Assembly (NCBI GenBank): GCA_965287045.1
Contig: OZ336882.1
Coordinates: 45,942,001 to 46,006,000 of the forward strand
Direction of reading: 5' to 3'
Source: Carcharhinus amblyrhynchos
Taxonomy: Eukaryota
Length of the DNA: 64,000 bases
Position numbers and translations under genes: made by a program. Positions within the stretch are counted from its first letter, which is position 1; every line of letters begins with the position of its first letter. The notes below the pieces were generated by a model that saw nothing but the letters and a program-made list of their open reading frames with translations, had not been told where the DNA came from and ran no database searches. Of this stretch, positions 22,304-35,955 are shown piece by piece.

Positions 22304-24064
22304 TCAACTATTTCCTGTGAGGGGATTGTTCTACCTCGCATCCTCTCCGTTAAAACTGAAAGGTAGCAAATCCTTCCAGAGTCCAGTTTGAGAAGTTGAG
22401 CATTTTTTTCCCTTCCCAACCATCCATGAGGATTAATTTCCTTTCTATTTTCCTAAAACGTTAGTTTAAAAATCTTTGACAACAGCTCACAAAATATGCA
22501 ATTAAAAAAAGTCTTTATTTTTAAAACTTGTTCCTTAAATGATTATAAGTAATATTATGTTAGTTAATGTACTCTACGTGACAGAAGATAATGCTGCAAT
22601 GAAAAATTGGGCTTTGTGGAAGTCAGAGAGGGAGAAAGGATGGCAATACATTTAGCTCCGCATTACTTGTTGTATGACTGAAAGGCTTATAAAAATTATC
22701 ATACTCCTATTGTTTGCTTGAATACTTCAGAGTGTGCATAATTTTCAATTAAATTATTACATTTTAAATTGTTGTGAACTTCTGACAAATAAAACAACTA
22801 AATCTTCAAAACTAGATCACAAAACATTAAAACAAAATAGTAAGTACTGATGCTCGGCATTGAGAACGATAATTTGTTTTTTCTTCAACTACCAGCCCTA
22901 GCTGTCCTCAGGTGAGTGCAAGTCAATGTATTCATGTCACCAGGAAACACAGCTCTGCTTGGTATATCAGATATGATGCATGTGGCTCAACTCAAATTAA
23001 AGAGGCAAGGGGAAAAAGGAGGATGTTTATTTTACAAGAAGTCTTGATCTGAATATATGTTACAATTGTTCCATTGCTGAGTATGAACGTTCATACCAAT
23101 GTAGGATTATAAACCGATGACATGTGAAAACAAGTAGTTACATGAGTTTGTAACTTAAGCTGTGGTTCTACACAATGTTCCGACATTTGTATTGGGGAGA
23201 AAACATGTAAATATTTGAATGCCTTGGGGAGTAATCCAAATGTTGAAGGCACAAAGTTGGTGGGTTACTAAGGGTGTGGGTAACTGGGGATATTTTACCC
23301 TATAAATTTTTACACAAAACATGGTGCTTTCTGGTTAATTCTAAACACTTCTGTACTTCATCACTAAAAATTCTTCAATTCCAAAAATGAAGGGATGTGA
23401 TATTTGGAATTTTAGCAGAACCATCAGCAAGAGACTTTCCAAAAAATTGCCTTGATAGTCAATAACTTAAATTCAACCTCTTGCCCTCACTCACAGAGGC
23501 AGTATGCCCCCTCTGGACCCATTCTCCACTCTTTTACAAGGACACTCTCCTCCAATCCTATCAATTCACTTATCATGATTTCTTCCTCTGCTTCCCTTTT
23601 GAGTCAACTTGATGCTCTTCCTTCCTCACACGTGCAACCCCAGTAATTCAGTCTGTCTTCCGCCCTTCTCAGTTCAAGCTAGCATCCTTTACAAATCCTT
23701 AGATTATGGTGGCACTATTTCCCTCCTATCCTGTATTAGTCTCAGCATGCTTCATGTTACCCAAATTCACTTCTATCAGCTTCACTTTCTCCTTTCTCCT
23801 TCTCATCCTAGACTTGGTTCAAGCACCTATCACTTCCACTGCCTTTTTAATGCCATCCATTTTCTTACAAACTGCCTTTCTTTCATTATTCTCCTCTTCT
23901 ATTATTACTGCTCTTATTCAATGCTGCTCCAGCCCCTGCATGCTGTTAGTCTATATTTTGACATGCACATTGCAGAGGCTGAAGCCGTTTGTATCCATAT
24001 TGAAGAAGAAAGGCCTATTCCATGCAGACTTTTGCAGACAAATTGCAACATTGGACAAATCCTG

Positions 24065-24680
24065 AATGCAGATGGTAGGAATCTGAAATAAAAAGAGAAG
24101 TGCTGCAAATAATCAAACAGACTAGGCAACATCTGTGAAGAGAGAAACAACAGACTGGATATTATGCAGTGTGTGGTGTTCTCACATCTGCCTTTGGCTG
24201 GCTCGCCCACAGATAAGGTTGTTGGCCCTTTAATTGGCTTGATGTGGAACTCCCACTCTCCCTTCCGTTGAGCTGTCAGCCACTCAGTTGACCAGCAGCT
24301 CTCTTGCCCCAGCAGCACCACTGGGAGTGGTCATCCCTGCTGGGGCTACATGCAATGGATCTCAGACTATCAGGTAAGCCAGGAGCTGGAGGCAGTGATC
24401 AACAAGACGGTGGTGAAAGGGAAATGGTGGAAGGAGGGTGCAAGACGTGTATCTTGGGTAGGGGCATGGAAGGGGCGGTGGAGTGTTCTTGATACACATA
24501 CTGTGCTCAAACAGGAGACACACCACCCCCCTGCCCCACCTACAGTAGCCCAGCCCGTGGATTTTATATATCTCTTTGCTTTCAAACTCACTGGCAGGGA
24601 AGCATAAAATTCAGCCTTTTGTTTCTCACAGATGCTGTCTGACCTGCTGAACATTTCCTGTTTATATTCCTGAGATGCTG
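24065..24680. mobile_element. Decayed inverted Penelope-like terminal repeats (family A) separated by a GC-rich insertion (about 24155-24612)
   Basis: ggaatctgaaataaaaagagaagtgctgcaaat...ggcaacatctgtgaagagaga (minus) and tctcacagatgctgtctgacctgctgaacatttcc (plus). Confidence 0.5.
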
Positions 24681-25121
24681 GTGTCAGCGTGTGGCATGCT
24701 GATGGCTGATACCTACGAAAATCATTAATTACATTACATCCGCTTGTAATAACCTTTACCATAACAGCACTCATTTATCTCAGATTGATATTTAGCATTA
24801 TATTTAATAGTTATATAATATGAATACATTGATGTCTTAATACTCTTAGCTTCATTATTATAGGCTTATTTGATTTCACTGAGCTCTATTCGTGCCTTCT
24901 ATTACCATCTTAATGCTCATTACATTTTAATTTTACCATTAGTAAGAGTTTAAGAAGTACACTTTTACTCATTTGTATTATTGAAATAGAATTCTGTTAC
25001 TGTTTGGGCAAAAATTTTACTAATAATTTTATTAGTAATAGATTATTCATGGTATTTATCATTGTGACACAGTGCATTGTCTGTGCTACCAATTAGACAT
25101 TTAGTTGAGTTATGTATATGT

Positions 25122-25449
25122 GGGCGGCATGGTGTAACAGTGGTTGGCACTATTGCTCACAGCACCAGGGACCCAGGTTCAATACCCGGCTTGGATCGTT
25201 GTCTATGTTGGAGTTTTCAAATTCTCCTCATGTGTGCATGGGTTTCCTCCGAATGATCTAGTTCCCTACCACAGTCCAAAGACGTGCGGGTTAGGTGGAT
25301 TGATCATGCTAAATTGCCCCTTAGTTTCTGGGGTAAGCTAGCTGGTGTAAATGCATGGGGTTGTGGGGATAGGACCTGGGTGGAATTGTGATCGGTGCAG
25401 ACTCGATGGGCCAAATGGCCTCTTTCTGCACTGTAGGATTCTATGATTC
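25122..25449 (+). mobile_element. Full-length HE1-type SINE
   Basis: gggcggcatggtgtaacagtggttggcac head; ctgcactgtaggattctatgattc tail. Confidence 0.9.
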
Positions 25450-27551
25450 CTTACTGAGTACCATGAATTATGTTGGTGTGCTGTGCCAGAGTAGCCCTGA
25501 ATTAAGGTAAGTGTAGTATGATTTCATTCAGCAAAGTGCTGAAATTAATGAACATGCGCAGAAAATTGCATCCTTTGCTGGTTCTTTCTCAATGGGGAAC
25601 AGGGTAATTTCTGCCCCCTTTACAGCTGTATATCTTGACAAAATAAATTGGAAAGTAAAGAGTTAGTTTGCATGAAATTAGGCTTGAACCCAAGTGAGGG
25701 GAAATATTGAGTCTGCTGGCAGTTAGTGCGTGACTTGCATTATAATATCTTAATCTCTCTTCCTTTAACACTATTAAATTAGATATGCAGTTAAACTCTG
25801 AATTAAACAGGGCCAGTAGATAGACCTCTGAGTGTCGATACCATCCATCATGCCACACTTGTTACTTGTGCTTCTGTAAAATCAAAGGGAATCCTGGCCT
25901 CAGTATTCACTTGGAAGAATGATATTCACCACCGATACAACCATATCACTGTACACACTACTGTACTGGTCGAGGCTGTTAATTTTATCTCATTGTGCAT
26001 AGGCTATTGATCACATGTAAACTTAAATTGAGGCTTTGATTAAAATGTAACAAAATAAGATCCTAAAACCCTCACACTCTTTTGATCTGCCCTGTACCAT
26101 ATATTTGGTTAATTGTGCTTCTTTAATGTGAAGATTGTATAATCTCTGATCTTAACTGACTCAATCAAGTCAAGACTCAGGCTAATGTACTGAAGTATCA
26201 ATCAATTGGATTTCTTTATTTAATTTCTCAGTTATTAACACATCAGAATTTAGAGAGCAAAGTTCAGGCTTATGGATCAAGTTCCAGCTTTGTTTTCACT
26301 GCAGTAGCAGGTCACATTTCTTCAAATTAAGAGGCAAGGAAATAATAATTCCGTCTACAAAATTATAGTAAGTCAAACACCTGAAATCAAAAGCATATGG
26401 GAATACCTGCAGCTGTGGAGCAGCATCACGCTTGCCAACATTAATACTCCTGATAAGCACAACAACGTAACAACCAATTGACTGAATTTTAAGGTAATAT
26501 TTCCTAGCTGTGTCATGTAACATAAAATTCTGATAATAACCATGCCTTGGAATAAATCTGTGGAAACTGTCAGTAATACTTCTTTTTAATAAAACGTATC
26601 AGGAAGAGATGGAAGTTCTTTAACTTCTGAAGCTACCATGTGAAGCCACACAGGATGATGGATGGAAATCCTTTTTGCTTGCTCTCAATGTGTTCTTTCA
26701 ACCCTGGAAAATTTTCAAAGAGATAGGCAAATATTTCCGAAAAATCAAAAGCCAATGCAGAATGGACTATGGACTTAAACCCTGTGATTTCAGGCCCCAG
26801 ATTGAACCACTCTGTACTTTTTTTTTGCACATATTACAATCACGTGACATGTTCCAATAATTTCTCTCATTTGTGCTGTTGCAGCATGAGGAACATAGGG
26901 TAATGCTTGCTTCTGCACTCCTAATTGCAGCTTTGCCCACTGTTGAAAAATTGGGCAGGTGCAAACCATGCTTTTTCATTCATATTGAACATTGCTTGGA
27001 TGTCAGCCTATGATTTTCCAATATGCACTGCCAGCAACTCAGGCTTCCTACCAGAAGTGTTGAAACAGGAGTACAACACTTGAAGAAAATAACATGTAAT
27101 GATGGAAGGAGAAAGTTGCTGAAAAAAATCTACGATCAAAAATTGTAGTGGTGGTCAACTGGAAAATTGCTTTCAGATTTCTTGTTGAATTGAGAAAGAG
27201 TCCTGATCTGATGTGGTAGGTTAGATTAGCTCTTGCTCTGTTACCTCTCATATTTAGTTTGTATTCAATCCAGAATTGTGGAGCCAGGAGTCTGCAATAT
27301 GCCACAAGAGTCATCATTGCATGAAATGCATTTGGTGCGTCAATCCTCTTCCTAATAATTGCTCCAAAATGTTCAACATTTTAAAACAAATTTAGCAATT
27401 AGCTTAAGACCAACCAGCCCAGTGGCAGGAGTGCAAACATGGAAAACACAGTACAGCATGAGGCGTTCTTCTGAGACTGGATTCAAGTTGCAGTACCCTG
27501 CAAAAGAAGCTATATTCTGTGAATTATTGTACCTGACTTGTGCTCAGTATT

Positions 27552-27564
27552 GTTGCTAGGTAAC
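27552..27564. promoter_or_regulatory. RFX X-box motif
   Basis: GTTGCT-A-GGTAAC within the quasi-palindrome ttgttgctaggtaacaa (27550-27566), in sequence with no recognisable repeat. Confidence 0.4.
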
Positions 27565-27994
27565 AAAAGGTGAACTGATGCAATCTCCATGGGCACAAAT
27601 TAAAATAAACGTTTCCATTTGACAGAGTATTTCATACATTGTAGTGCTGAAATAATTCCATTGGATAATAAACAGTGAATCTTTTGTCTGAGATTTCTTA
27701 TTCCACTGTTTAATTAGAGGCACTCTAATTCTATTCTTTGTTTTAAATAGGCTAATACAGTCACTAAAATAGAGGGAGGGAATTTAGATTAGTTAGTGCT
27801 TATTTGCTAGTGTCCCATAATGTAATTTCAAGGTCTGTGTGTTTAGAGTATTAAAATATTGAAATCCATTTGTTTTATCATTTCACACAAGTTTACACCC
27901 AGTTTAAGTTAATTTGCATTGAGTTACTTTTCTCTTCATTTTCTTAATTTAACAAAGAGAATAGCATAAAATTAACAATAAATTCCCTGCTTTA

Positions 27995-28165
27995 AAAACA
28001 TAAGAACAAAAAGCAGAAGTAGGCAATTCAGACCCTCGTGCATCCTCTGCCATTCAATATGATCATGGTTGATCTAATCTCGGCTTCATCTTTGCCTTCC
28101 TGCTCGTTCCCCATAACCTTTCATCTTGTTATTAATTAAAAAGCTACCTATCTCCTCCTTTATAC
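27995..28165 (-). mobile_element. CR1 3' end
   Basis: aacataagaac...agcagaagtaggcaattcagaccctc...ctgccattcaatatgatcatggttgatc. Confidence 0.75.
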
Positions 28166-29609
28166 TTGGACAAATGCCTTTCACTAAAATTGGTGAATCA
28201 GACAAAAATTGTGATGGAGGATTTTGCCTTCAACTCAATAATACGATATCTTCTGTTAATAATTAAGTTCCCTTACATGCTCAGTTTTAAAGATATGACC
28301 TCCTTAAAAAAAAGGACTAGCTGAATTTCTATTTGGAGTGAATATACCCTGAAAGTTGAATTGAAGTGTGTTTCATTGAAGTGTCAATGTAAGCACATTT
28401 GTGACTAATAAATAAATTTTAAAACTTTAATTTTTAAGTGGTGGTCTTTTGGTGCAGTGGGTAGTGTCCCAGGCAGTAAGAGTGGGAGACTCCTGCTCAG
28501 GCATGCTTAAAATGCAGAGTTGCACCCCTCAAGCTATAAGACCCTGGCAATAGATCAGCAAACCATTCAGGAATTACTAGCTATGGAAACAGACAGAAGT
28601 CTGCCTAGTGCATCATGAGCTGTGGGAAGAGAAAGAAGAAAGTACCCTGCTTCTTTTCTAAAATTTTAAACATAAGGTGCAATGAGGTCAATTGGACCTT
28701 AAATGGAAGGAGAAGTAGAGAGATAGGTAAAACGGTCTACTAGTTACATGATGTACAAAGCCAAAATTGCCGCCATAAGATTTAAAATCTGTAGAAACGA
28801 CAATAATGGAACATTGAAATAAACTGAAAGGATAGGAATAGAATGGGAAATGGTGATCATTGAGGATCTTGTATTGGTTTGGGAAAAATACGCTGAGATT
28901 GTTTAATCATGTAAATGGAGTCTGCAATAGCTATCATGTTGATTCCACTCTTTCATGCATGTGATTATTTTTTTAAATCTTGGCACACTAATGCTTTATG
29001 TACTTTATTGTTTTCCAGTAAACTTAACAATAGGTTTCAGATTCATTACATATGGTGAGTGAGAGCCAAAAATAATTATAAATGGTGACATTCACATCCA
29101 GAGTCTTTTATACACATCCATGATAGGAATAGTAAATAACTCATTAGCGGAAAGGGCTTTTCAAGTCTCTGGAGAGTTGGAATCTATTTGTCACAGTCCA
29201 GTTATAATGGAGTTAAGGTATATTTCAAAGCTTTTCTTACGGTTGTGTAAGAACAAACTATGCTATTTAAAAAATAAGGAGAACTGTATGCCTGTTCAAC
29301 CTTGAGCCGGCACTAATGAAATTGCATACCCACATTTTGCTGATGAAATTCTTAAAGGCCGATAAAAGGCTTAAAGCTCTGAATATTTATTAAGCTAAGT
29401 TAGGCAAGAGTTACATATTACATAATATAGCATAAAGGAAAAAGCTGGTCCTGCCATTCCTCTGTAAACTTATCCAACACTACAGCTAACCTCCAAGTTC
29501 TAAATCTATTTGGCCTCTTAGGTGTCACTTCCTCCCTTCATTCCGCCATTACTGGCCATGTCTTCAGGTACTAAAGCCTCATGGGCCGGGATTTTCCGAT
29601 GGACTGCAG

Positions 29610-29702
29610 CAGTCCAAGAAGGCAGCTTACTACCAGCTTCTCAAGGGCAATTAAGGATGGCCAACAAATGCTGGCCAAGCCAATGACGCCCAAATTATGC
29701 GA
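29610..29702 (+). mobile_element. CR1-like LINE 3' tail fragment
   Basis: ggactgcagcagtccaagaaggcagctt...ttctcaagggcaattaaggatggccaacaaatgctggcc. Confidence 0.65.
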
Positions 29703-32129
29703 AACTGTGAAATACAGAAACTCTGTTAAAGTATATAGAAACCCATACAACTATATGGTAGCTTTGTGTTCTTCTTTGGTCATATGCCTGCAAGCTTTTG
29801 ACTTTTTTGGCAATGCCAGACTGTAAAGTTGATTAATTTTTCCAGATGCACAGTGGAAACTTCAAAGCTGCAAGAAAAGTTACAAAATCTGCCCCTAATT
29901 TCCCTTGGAGTCAAATCCTTTGCAGTTCAGGCTGGCCTTCAATGTTTATGCACAACACTTGAAAGATGAGAGATGTACCACTGTAGTTACTGAACCACTG
30001 TAAGCATCTGTAGTTTTTAAGCATGAGTGGATTTTAAGTTAAATGCTAGTCAGATGATTCAATAGGTCAACTTAGTTCTCTCACACTGTTACTTTGCTTG
30101 AATGTTAAGAAATTCAAAGGTATTTCATCCAAAGCAAAATCAACTGCAATACATCAATAGGTGTCAAGTATCTTTATTTTTGGGAGGGGGAAGAGAAGGT
30201 GGAGAGCAAAAGAAACTGAAATGTTTTGTATAAGTGGACCAACTTTTGTTAAAAGCCATGAAAGCATTCTTATAGCAACAGTATGCCATAATCAGCAACC
30301 TACTGATAGAATGTGGTGCCTGGAAACCATTGACAGTGGCAGCTAATTGTTAAATGAATGATTTTATCACAAGTGCAGTGATAATGCTGTTGAGGAAATG
30401 GTTTCTTAAGCTTCGAAAGCATGATAATGTTTGTGTCCATCATTCGGACATGAAGTTACACAGCGAATAGTTTGAAAAACCCCTTTCTACACACAAGAAC
30501 AAAAAGAGTTCTAGTACTACTTCCTGTATAATGATCAGGGTTTGAACTGGATTGACTTTGAAAGAAACAAAACCTGAATAGCAAACTCAAAGGCAAGATT
30601 GTCAGAAAAGCTTTGAAGTTATTGAGCTTCAAGCCACAATAATCATATTTTAGCACTGCCCTGCAGAATACTTGTGGATACTGGTTCAATCTAGGGAACT
30701 TTACTTTTGGTGCAAGAAAAAATAGTTTTCACACAAAAATTGATCAACAGGTGTGCTGAACTTTCAAGTAGGCCAAAATCCAAGAATTGATTAGGAGCTG
30801 ATTGCATGCTACAATAAGACAATGTTACTGTTTCTTTGGATAGATCAATTAAGAATGGTCAAATGGCATTTCTTGACAATCAGCAAGTGTGTTAACAGAT
30901 TTTTAACTCTTCTGCTATGATAGCAGGGAAAATAGTTTCAGACAAGCATGTTCAACCACTCGAGGTATCCCTCAGTGCCTCAAGCATTGGTTCAGGGCCC
31001 TTCTAAGGTAATGTTAATAAATGGCAGAAACATTTTGGTGGGTGAAGAGAATCCTGAAAAATCACCTCCACAGTTACCCCAAACCCCCGTCAGAATGGAA
31101 ATTTGAGATCAACTCCAAACCGTGTAGTTCTCAGATAACATCTGATGATTCATGGAAGATAATTGAATCTGCTTTTAACATCATTCCCAAATTCAATATC
31201 CATCTTTTACGGAAGGATTGAGCCGTTGCTCAGGGAATTGTTGATTATCAGTTTACCAGAAATGCTTCAGAAGAGCAGCCTGGTTCTTGTGAAAAGAATG
31301 TGATCCATCAGTCAGAGTTTTCCATAAGACACAGTGCCTCTGGGCTTGGGAATGAAAATGAATGAATGCACTTAACCATCCATGGGCATCTACGGGAAGA
31401 TGTATGTGTGTGTCGCAATGTCAAGTGAGGTCCAGATCTATTTCAATGTGATTTCCCTTCCCCCTTGCCTATCCCCCTCCACCCTGCTGCAATCCATTTT
31501 CAACTTCAGAATGAAAGTACTGAAGATTATTGAAGAAATTCACCATGTTTAGCCATTGAGCTTAAGTCTCTGTCAGCATAGATGATGATGCATTAGGCCT
31601 GTGTGCGTGTGTGTACAAGTATAAACACACAGATAAAAAAAGGTGACCTCCTCGTGACATGCAGTTGTTTGATAATCAGCTAACCACACAGAACCAATGT
31701 CAACAGATGGAGAGCGTCTTTGTAAGTGAACACTAGATCACCATCTCATTATAACTTGAAAGCAGAACAAGATTGACAGTAACAGCAGTCTAATCCATGG
31801 TATGTTCTGAAACCCCTTTGAGTTGATTGTACTGCAACTATCCCAGCAGCTGCTTAAATCTTATATGCATGTGATCCTTACAAAATTTCAAAGTAGACAA
31901 TACAGGACTTGATCATACTTTTCCCAGCCTTCTTTACTGTTAAGATAAAATATAATAAAGGAATTAGTGATCACGCGATCTTTATTCAGTTGTTATATCC
32001 AAAACACCTTGTTTAACCTCTTTTTTCCATACCAATTTGCTTTGTAAGTTTTTCTTCCCATTTCTATGGTACAAGTATACCTTCCTGAAGTTGAGAAGAT
32101 TGTAAGCCAACCTCTTCCCAGGTATCTTC

Positions 32130-32490
32130 AAACACTGAAAATGCTGGAAAGACTCTATTGGTCTGGCAGTGACTGTACAGAGAAAGATTTAACATCTGAA
32201 TCTGTGAGACTTCTTCAGAGTGAAGAGCTGTCATACAGACTCAGCATAGTAACCCTGGGTGCAATAATACCGGCCATTTATGCCATGCTCCCGTGGCAGC
32301 GAAGTCAGAAAATTTGATAGCCAACCAAATCTCCGCTCACTATAGCAGGATGGGAAAATCTAGCGGACGTGTTAAGATTCTGGCTTTGTCTGTCTCTCTC
32401 TCTTCCCACAGAGTCCTTCCCGCATTTTCTGTTCTATTTCAGATTTCCAACATCCACAGTATTGTGTTTGAATTTCAAATACTGCTTTGA
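32130..32490. mobile_element. Inverted Penelope-like terminal repeat pair (family A) with a MITE inserted at about 32257-32385
   Basis: gaaaatgctggaaagactc...ggtctggcagt (minus arm) and cccacagag...gcattttctgttctatttcagatttccaacatccacagtatt (plus arm). Confidence 0.6.
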
Positions 32491-32888
32491 GACAATACAT
32501 TGAGAACGGTATGAGAATGAGTGGGACTGAATCACCCTCAGAATTCCCTTTCTCCTTTAGATGAATGCTGACCTCCACATTGCACCTTTCTTTCACTGAA
32601 TACAGAACACAGAAATTGCAGATTTCAACCCACGTTTTCACTACTCTATGCAGCAGCCTACAATATTAATAAGTTGTGTCATTGTATTCCCAAATTAGAA
32701 AGGTTCAAATGTATTTTTTTTCTCTTTTAATAATATTGCATCCTCATTAAAAACTGATCTCATGATGTTGACTGTTAAAAGCCATGTCTGAAAAAACATC
32801 TTTTTCCTTAACAATGCCTGAGGACCATTTTATATGGATGAGTAGATCACTCAGTATAGGAAGATAGAAGTTATATCTATCAAGCAAG

Positions 32889-33217
32889 AGGAGGCAATGG
32901 CCTAGTGGTATTATTGCTCGACTATTAATCCAGAAACTCAGCTAATATTCTGAGAGTCCAGGTTCAAATCCCACCACAGCAGATGGTGGCATTTGAATTC
33001 AATAAAAAATATCTGGAATTAAGAATCTATTGATAACCATGAAATCATTGCTGATTGTTGGGAAAAACCCATCTGGTTCACAAATATCCTTCAGGGAAGG
33101 AAATTTGCTAACCTTACCTGATCTGGCATGTGACTCCAGAGCCACAGCAATGTGGTTGACTCTCAACTACCATTGGGCAGCTAGGTGCTGACCAGCTCAT
33201 GAATGAATAAATAAAAA
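32889..33217 (+). mobile_element. tRNA-derived SINE with CR1-like tail, near full length
   Basis: A-box-like tggcctagtgg, B-box-like ggttcaaatcc, tail gggcagctagg...gaatgaataaataaaaa. Confidence 0.85.
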
Positions 33218-33267
33218 TTTTTAAAGTACCCTAATTTGAAACTCCTGTTTGAGACTTCAACCTCTGT

Positions 33268-33390
33268 GGATGGGAATTTCCAGTCTTGCTCGAGCGAGGC
33301 TGTAAAATCCTGCCCAAGTTCAATGGACATTTCTGTTGCCTGCCCCTCACCCGCTCCAAATCCGTGATGGGCGGGGCAGTAGAATTCTGT
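33268..33390. mobile_element. MITE-like element
   Basis: Contains gtaaaatcctgcccaagttcaatggac, also seen near 13660-13690; imperfect TIRs. Confidence 0.45.
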
Positions 33391-33684
33391 TGCTTGTCTC
33401 TAAAGTTCCCGGGGACAATTTTGAGCCTGAAATCTAATGTCCATGAGAAATGTGGTGCACGCTCAAAATCCAGAGAGAGTTGGAAAGCAGGATTGTCACC
33501 AACAAGATTATGAGTTCCGATCTTCCAGGCCCCATATCAGCAGAGTAACAAGAAACACGTCCCGGAATCTCTGGAAGGTCATTTTAATACATTAGCATGT
33601 CATTAGCAAGCACTCTCTCTGGGGTTACCGCCTTCATCTGATATTCAGCCAGTGCCATTTACAACAGCTCTACATAAGCATGAG

Positions 33685-34140
33685 ATAAAGGTCAAATACT
33701 GTGAATGTTGGATCTGAAACATAAGCAAAACATGTTGGAAAATCTCAGCAGGTCTGACAGCATCTGTGGAGAGAGAATACAGCCAACATTTTGAGTCTGG
33801 GTGACTCTTCGTCAGAGCTAAGAGCGAAGAAATTCAGACGAGATTTATACTATGAGGGTGTGGGAGCTGGGGGTGGGACTGTAATTGAACCAAGGAAATG
33901 TAAATGATGATGAAGAAAGCTGGGAAAGATGTTAAAAGTGTCCACTAAGGGATCAGAATGTGTGAATGGTAGAACAGAGGTAAAGATTGTTAAGGGACCA
34001 ACTGAGAAATGTGGTAGTTGCCCGAAGAGGGATGGGCAATTGCAGATAAGATGGAGAGCGAAAATGGAGAAGTGGAAAAATGTAAGTGAGAGTAAAGGGT
34101 GACTAAAAAATGGATGAAGGAGATGAAAAGAAGAAATGAA
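33685..34140 (-). mobile_element. Penelope-like terminal repeat (family A) plus purine-rich internal sequence
   Basis: ggaaaatctcagcaggtctgacagcatctgtggagagaga...ttgagtctgggtgactcttcgtcagagct; on the minus strand this reads CTGACGA followed by stem GAGTC/GACTC. Confidence 0.75.
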
Positions 34141-34469
34141 ATTTTTTAAAAAATTGTGTGAACCTGGCGCCTTCACCTCTAAGGGGGAGTTCGGAAGTGA
34201 ACACTCAGACAGCCATCAACCTCTGGGGTGTTCACTGCATAGGGGGCACTGGAGTGAACGTGGTGGGTGGAAACAGATAGATGCAACCCAAGGCAGGGGT
34301 CTACAATCGCCATTTTGGAGGAAGGGATCCAGAGAGGTCATTTGCAGGCCTTATCTTCCCTTCATGCTGGGCCACCATTTGCTTTAAAGCTGGTATGCAG
34401 GCATTACTTCCCCTGTCCTCCTTCCTGGGCTCCAGTCCATGTCACAGCTAATGACATGCTCAGCATGCT

Positions 34470-34685
34470 CCTCCATGGATGGTTTTTCTCCAGGAGCTAT
34501 GGTTTCCTCCCACACTCCAACAATGTGTGGTTAAGTTGATTAGCCATACTAAATTGCCTCTTCGTGTCAGGGGGATTTGCAGGGTAAATATGTTAGGTTA
34601 CAGGGATAGGACCTGGGTGGGAATGTTGTCAGTGCAGGCTCAATGGGCTGAATGGCCTCCTTCTGCACTGTAGGGATTCTATGGT
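34470..34685 (+). mobile_element. HE1-type SINE, 5'-truncated
   Basis: ggtttcctcccacactccaa...gattagccatactaaattgcc...gaatggcctccttctgcactgtagggattctatg. Confidence 0.88.
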
Positions 34686-35929
34686 CCTGATTTTAATACT
34701 TCTTTTTCATTAGGGCTGACTCAGGATATATTGTTTCTATTGAAACTGCCTGTTATTACAACAGTGTCTCTTACTCCTTTATCTAATCAATATGCCATCA
34801 TTTTTTTTCCTGCCTTGAGGCTACACAACAGAGCTTTCTTAATCCTGCCCCACTCCTGCTTGTTAATTCAAGTCAGTCCATTTTACCTTTCAGCTTTTCT
34901 TAGTATGTAAAGTCACCTTCCTGAATTTCCAAATCCAACAGATCATACACACAAAGCCACCCCATCTCTCCAATAGTTTTCTTCCCCAGTGTTTACTTCT
35001 GATGCCCTTAGATACCGAAATCATTTTGTAGATATGCAAATGTCCTTTAATATTGAAACCATCGTAATTCTGTGTCTTTCCCATTGCTCTTGATATGAGC
35101 TTCTGGTTACGAATAAATCTGCAAGTAGAGTTCATTTACAGTCATGGTGACAAAAATACACCTTCATTTTCACTGAACCAACTGTCAGAAGAAAATGTAC
35201 TATTGATTTTAAAATATGTTTTGGGTGTTGCTAGCATGATGATAAAACAAGACAGGTTCATTGCGTACATTTGCCTTCAGTGATGCAAGTACAAGAATTA
35301 GCCTGTCTAGAAGTGCTTTGTTGATGAAGAGGGCTGATGAGATCGAGCAGGCTACTGCATGTTTTCACCCCTATTTACACCACAGTCTTCTTCTTATAGC
35401 CTGTATGGACTGATGGATTTGATTTGGTTGGGATGGAGTTGCGAGTTAATCGTAATGAGAGATTATTACTTGGTTTACTGCGACTGAGCTTTAATGCATG
35501 TTGAAACGGGTTCAGTGAAATAGTGAAATGAAGATACTAGCGAATAAAAAGGAAAACAAAAGAGGAGAAAAGGGTGTGCTTTCTGGAGAAGGTCAAATTT
35601 TTGAATTACTTAGCAGGAATGGAACTAGCTTAGCAAATCTAAAAGTAATCATGATAGTGTAGAATGAGTTATAGCCTTACAAATGCTCCCTTTAGCAACA
35701 TGCCCATGGATTAGTGATTAGAAGGCATGTTGCTGTGTTTACTCTGAATTACAGAGCATTTAGTAAGAATACTCAAACCCATGAGGATCTTAGCCATACA
35801 TCACTTTGTGCAAGTACAAACGTCCTTCCCATTTTTGTCCGGCTATGCTATAAATAGAAATACATTTGCCAGATTGAGAACATAATGTGTTTGGCCAAAT
35901 CGACAATAAGTTACTTTTAGATGAAACAA

Positions 35930-35955
35930 TTAAACCTGTATTTTAAACCTGTATT
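35930..35955. repeat. 13-bp perfect tandem duplication
   Basis: ttaaacctgtatt repeated twice. Confidence 0.85.

Noticed and set aside
25017-25038. 10-bp inverted repeat ttactaataa/ttattagtaa
   Set aside because: Expected by chance in a very AT-rich tract; the same applies to tgtaaatt/aatttaca near 10223.
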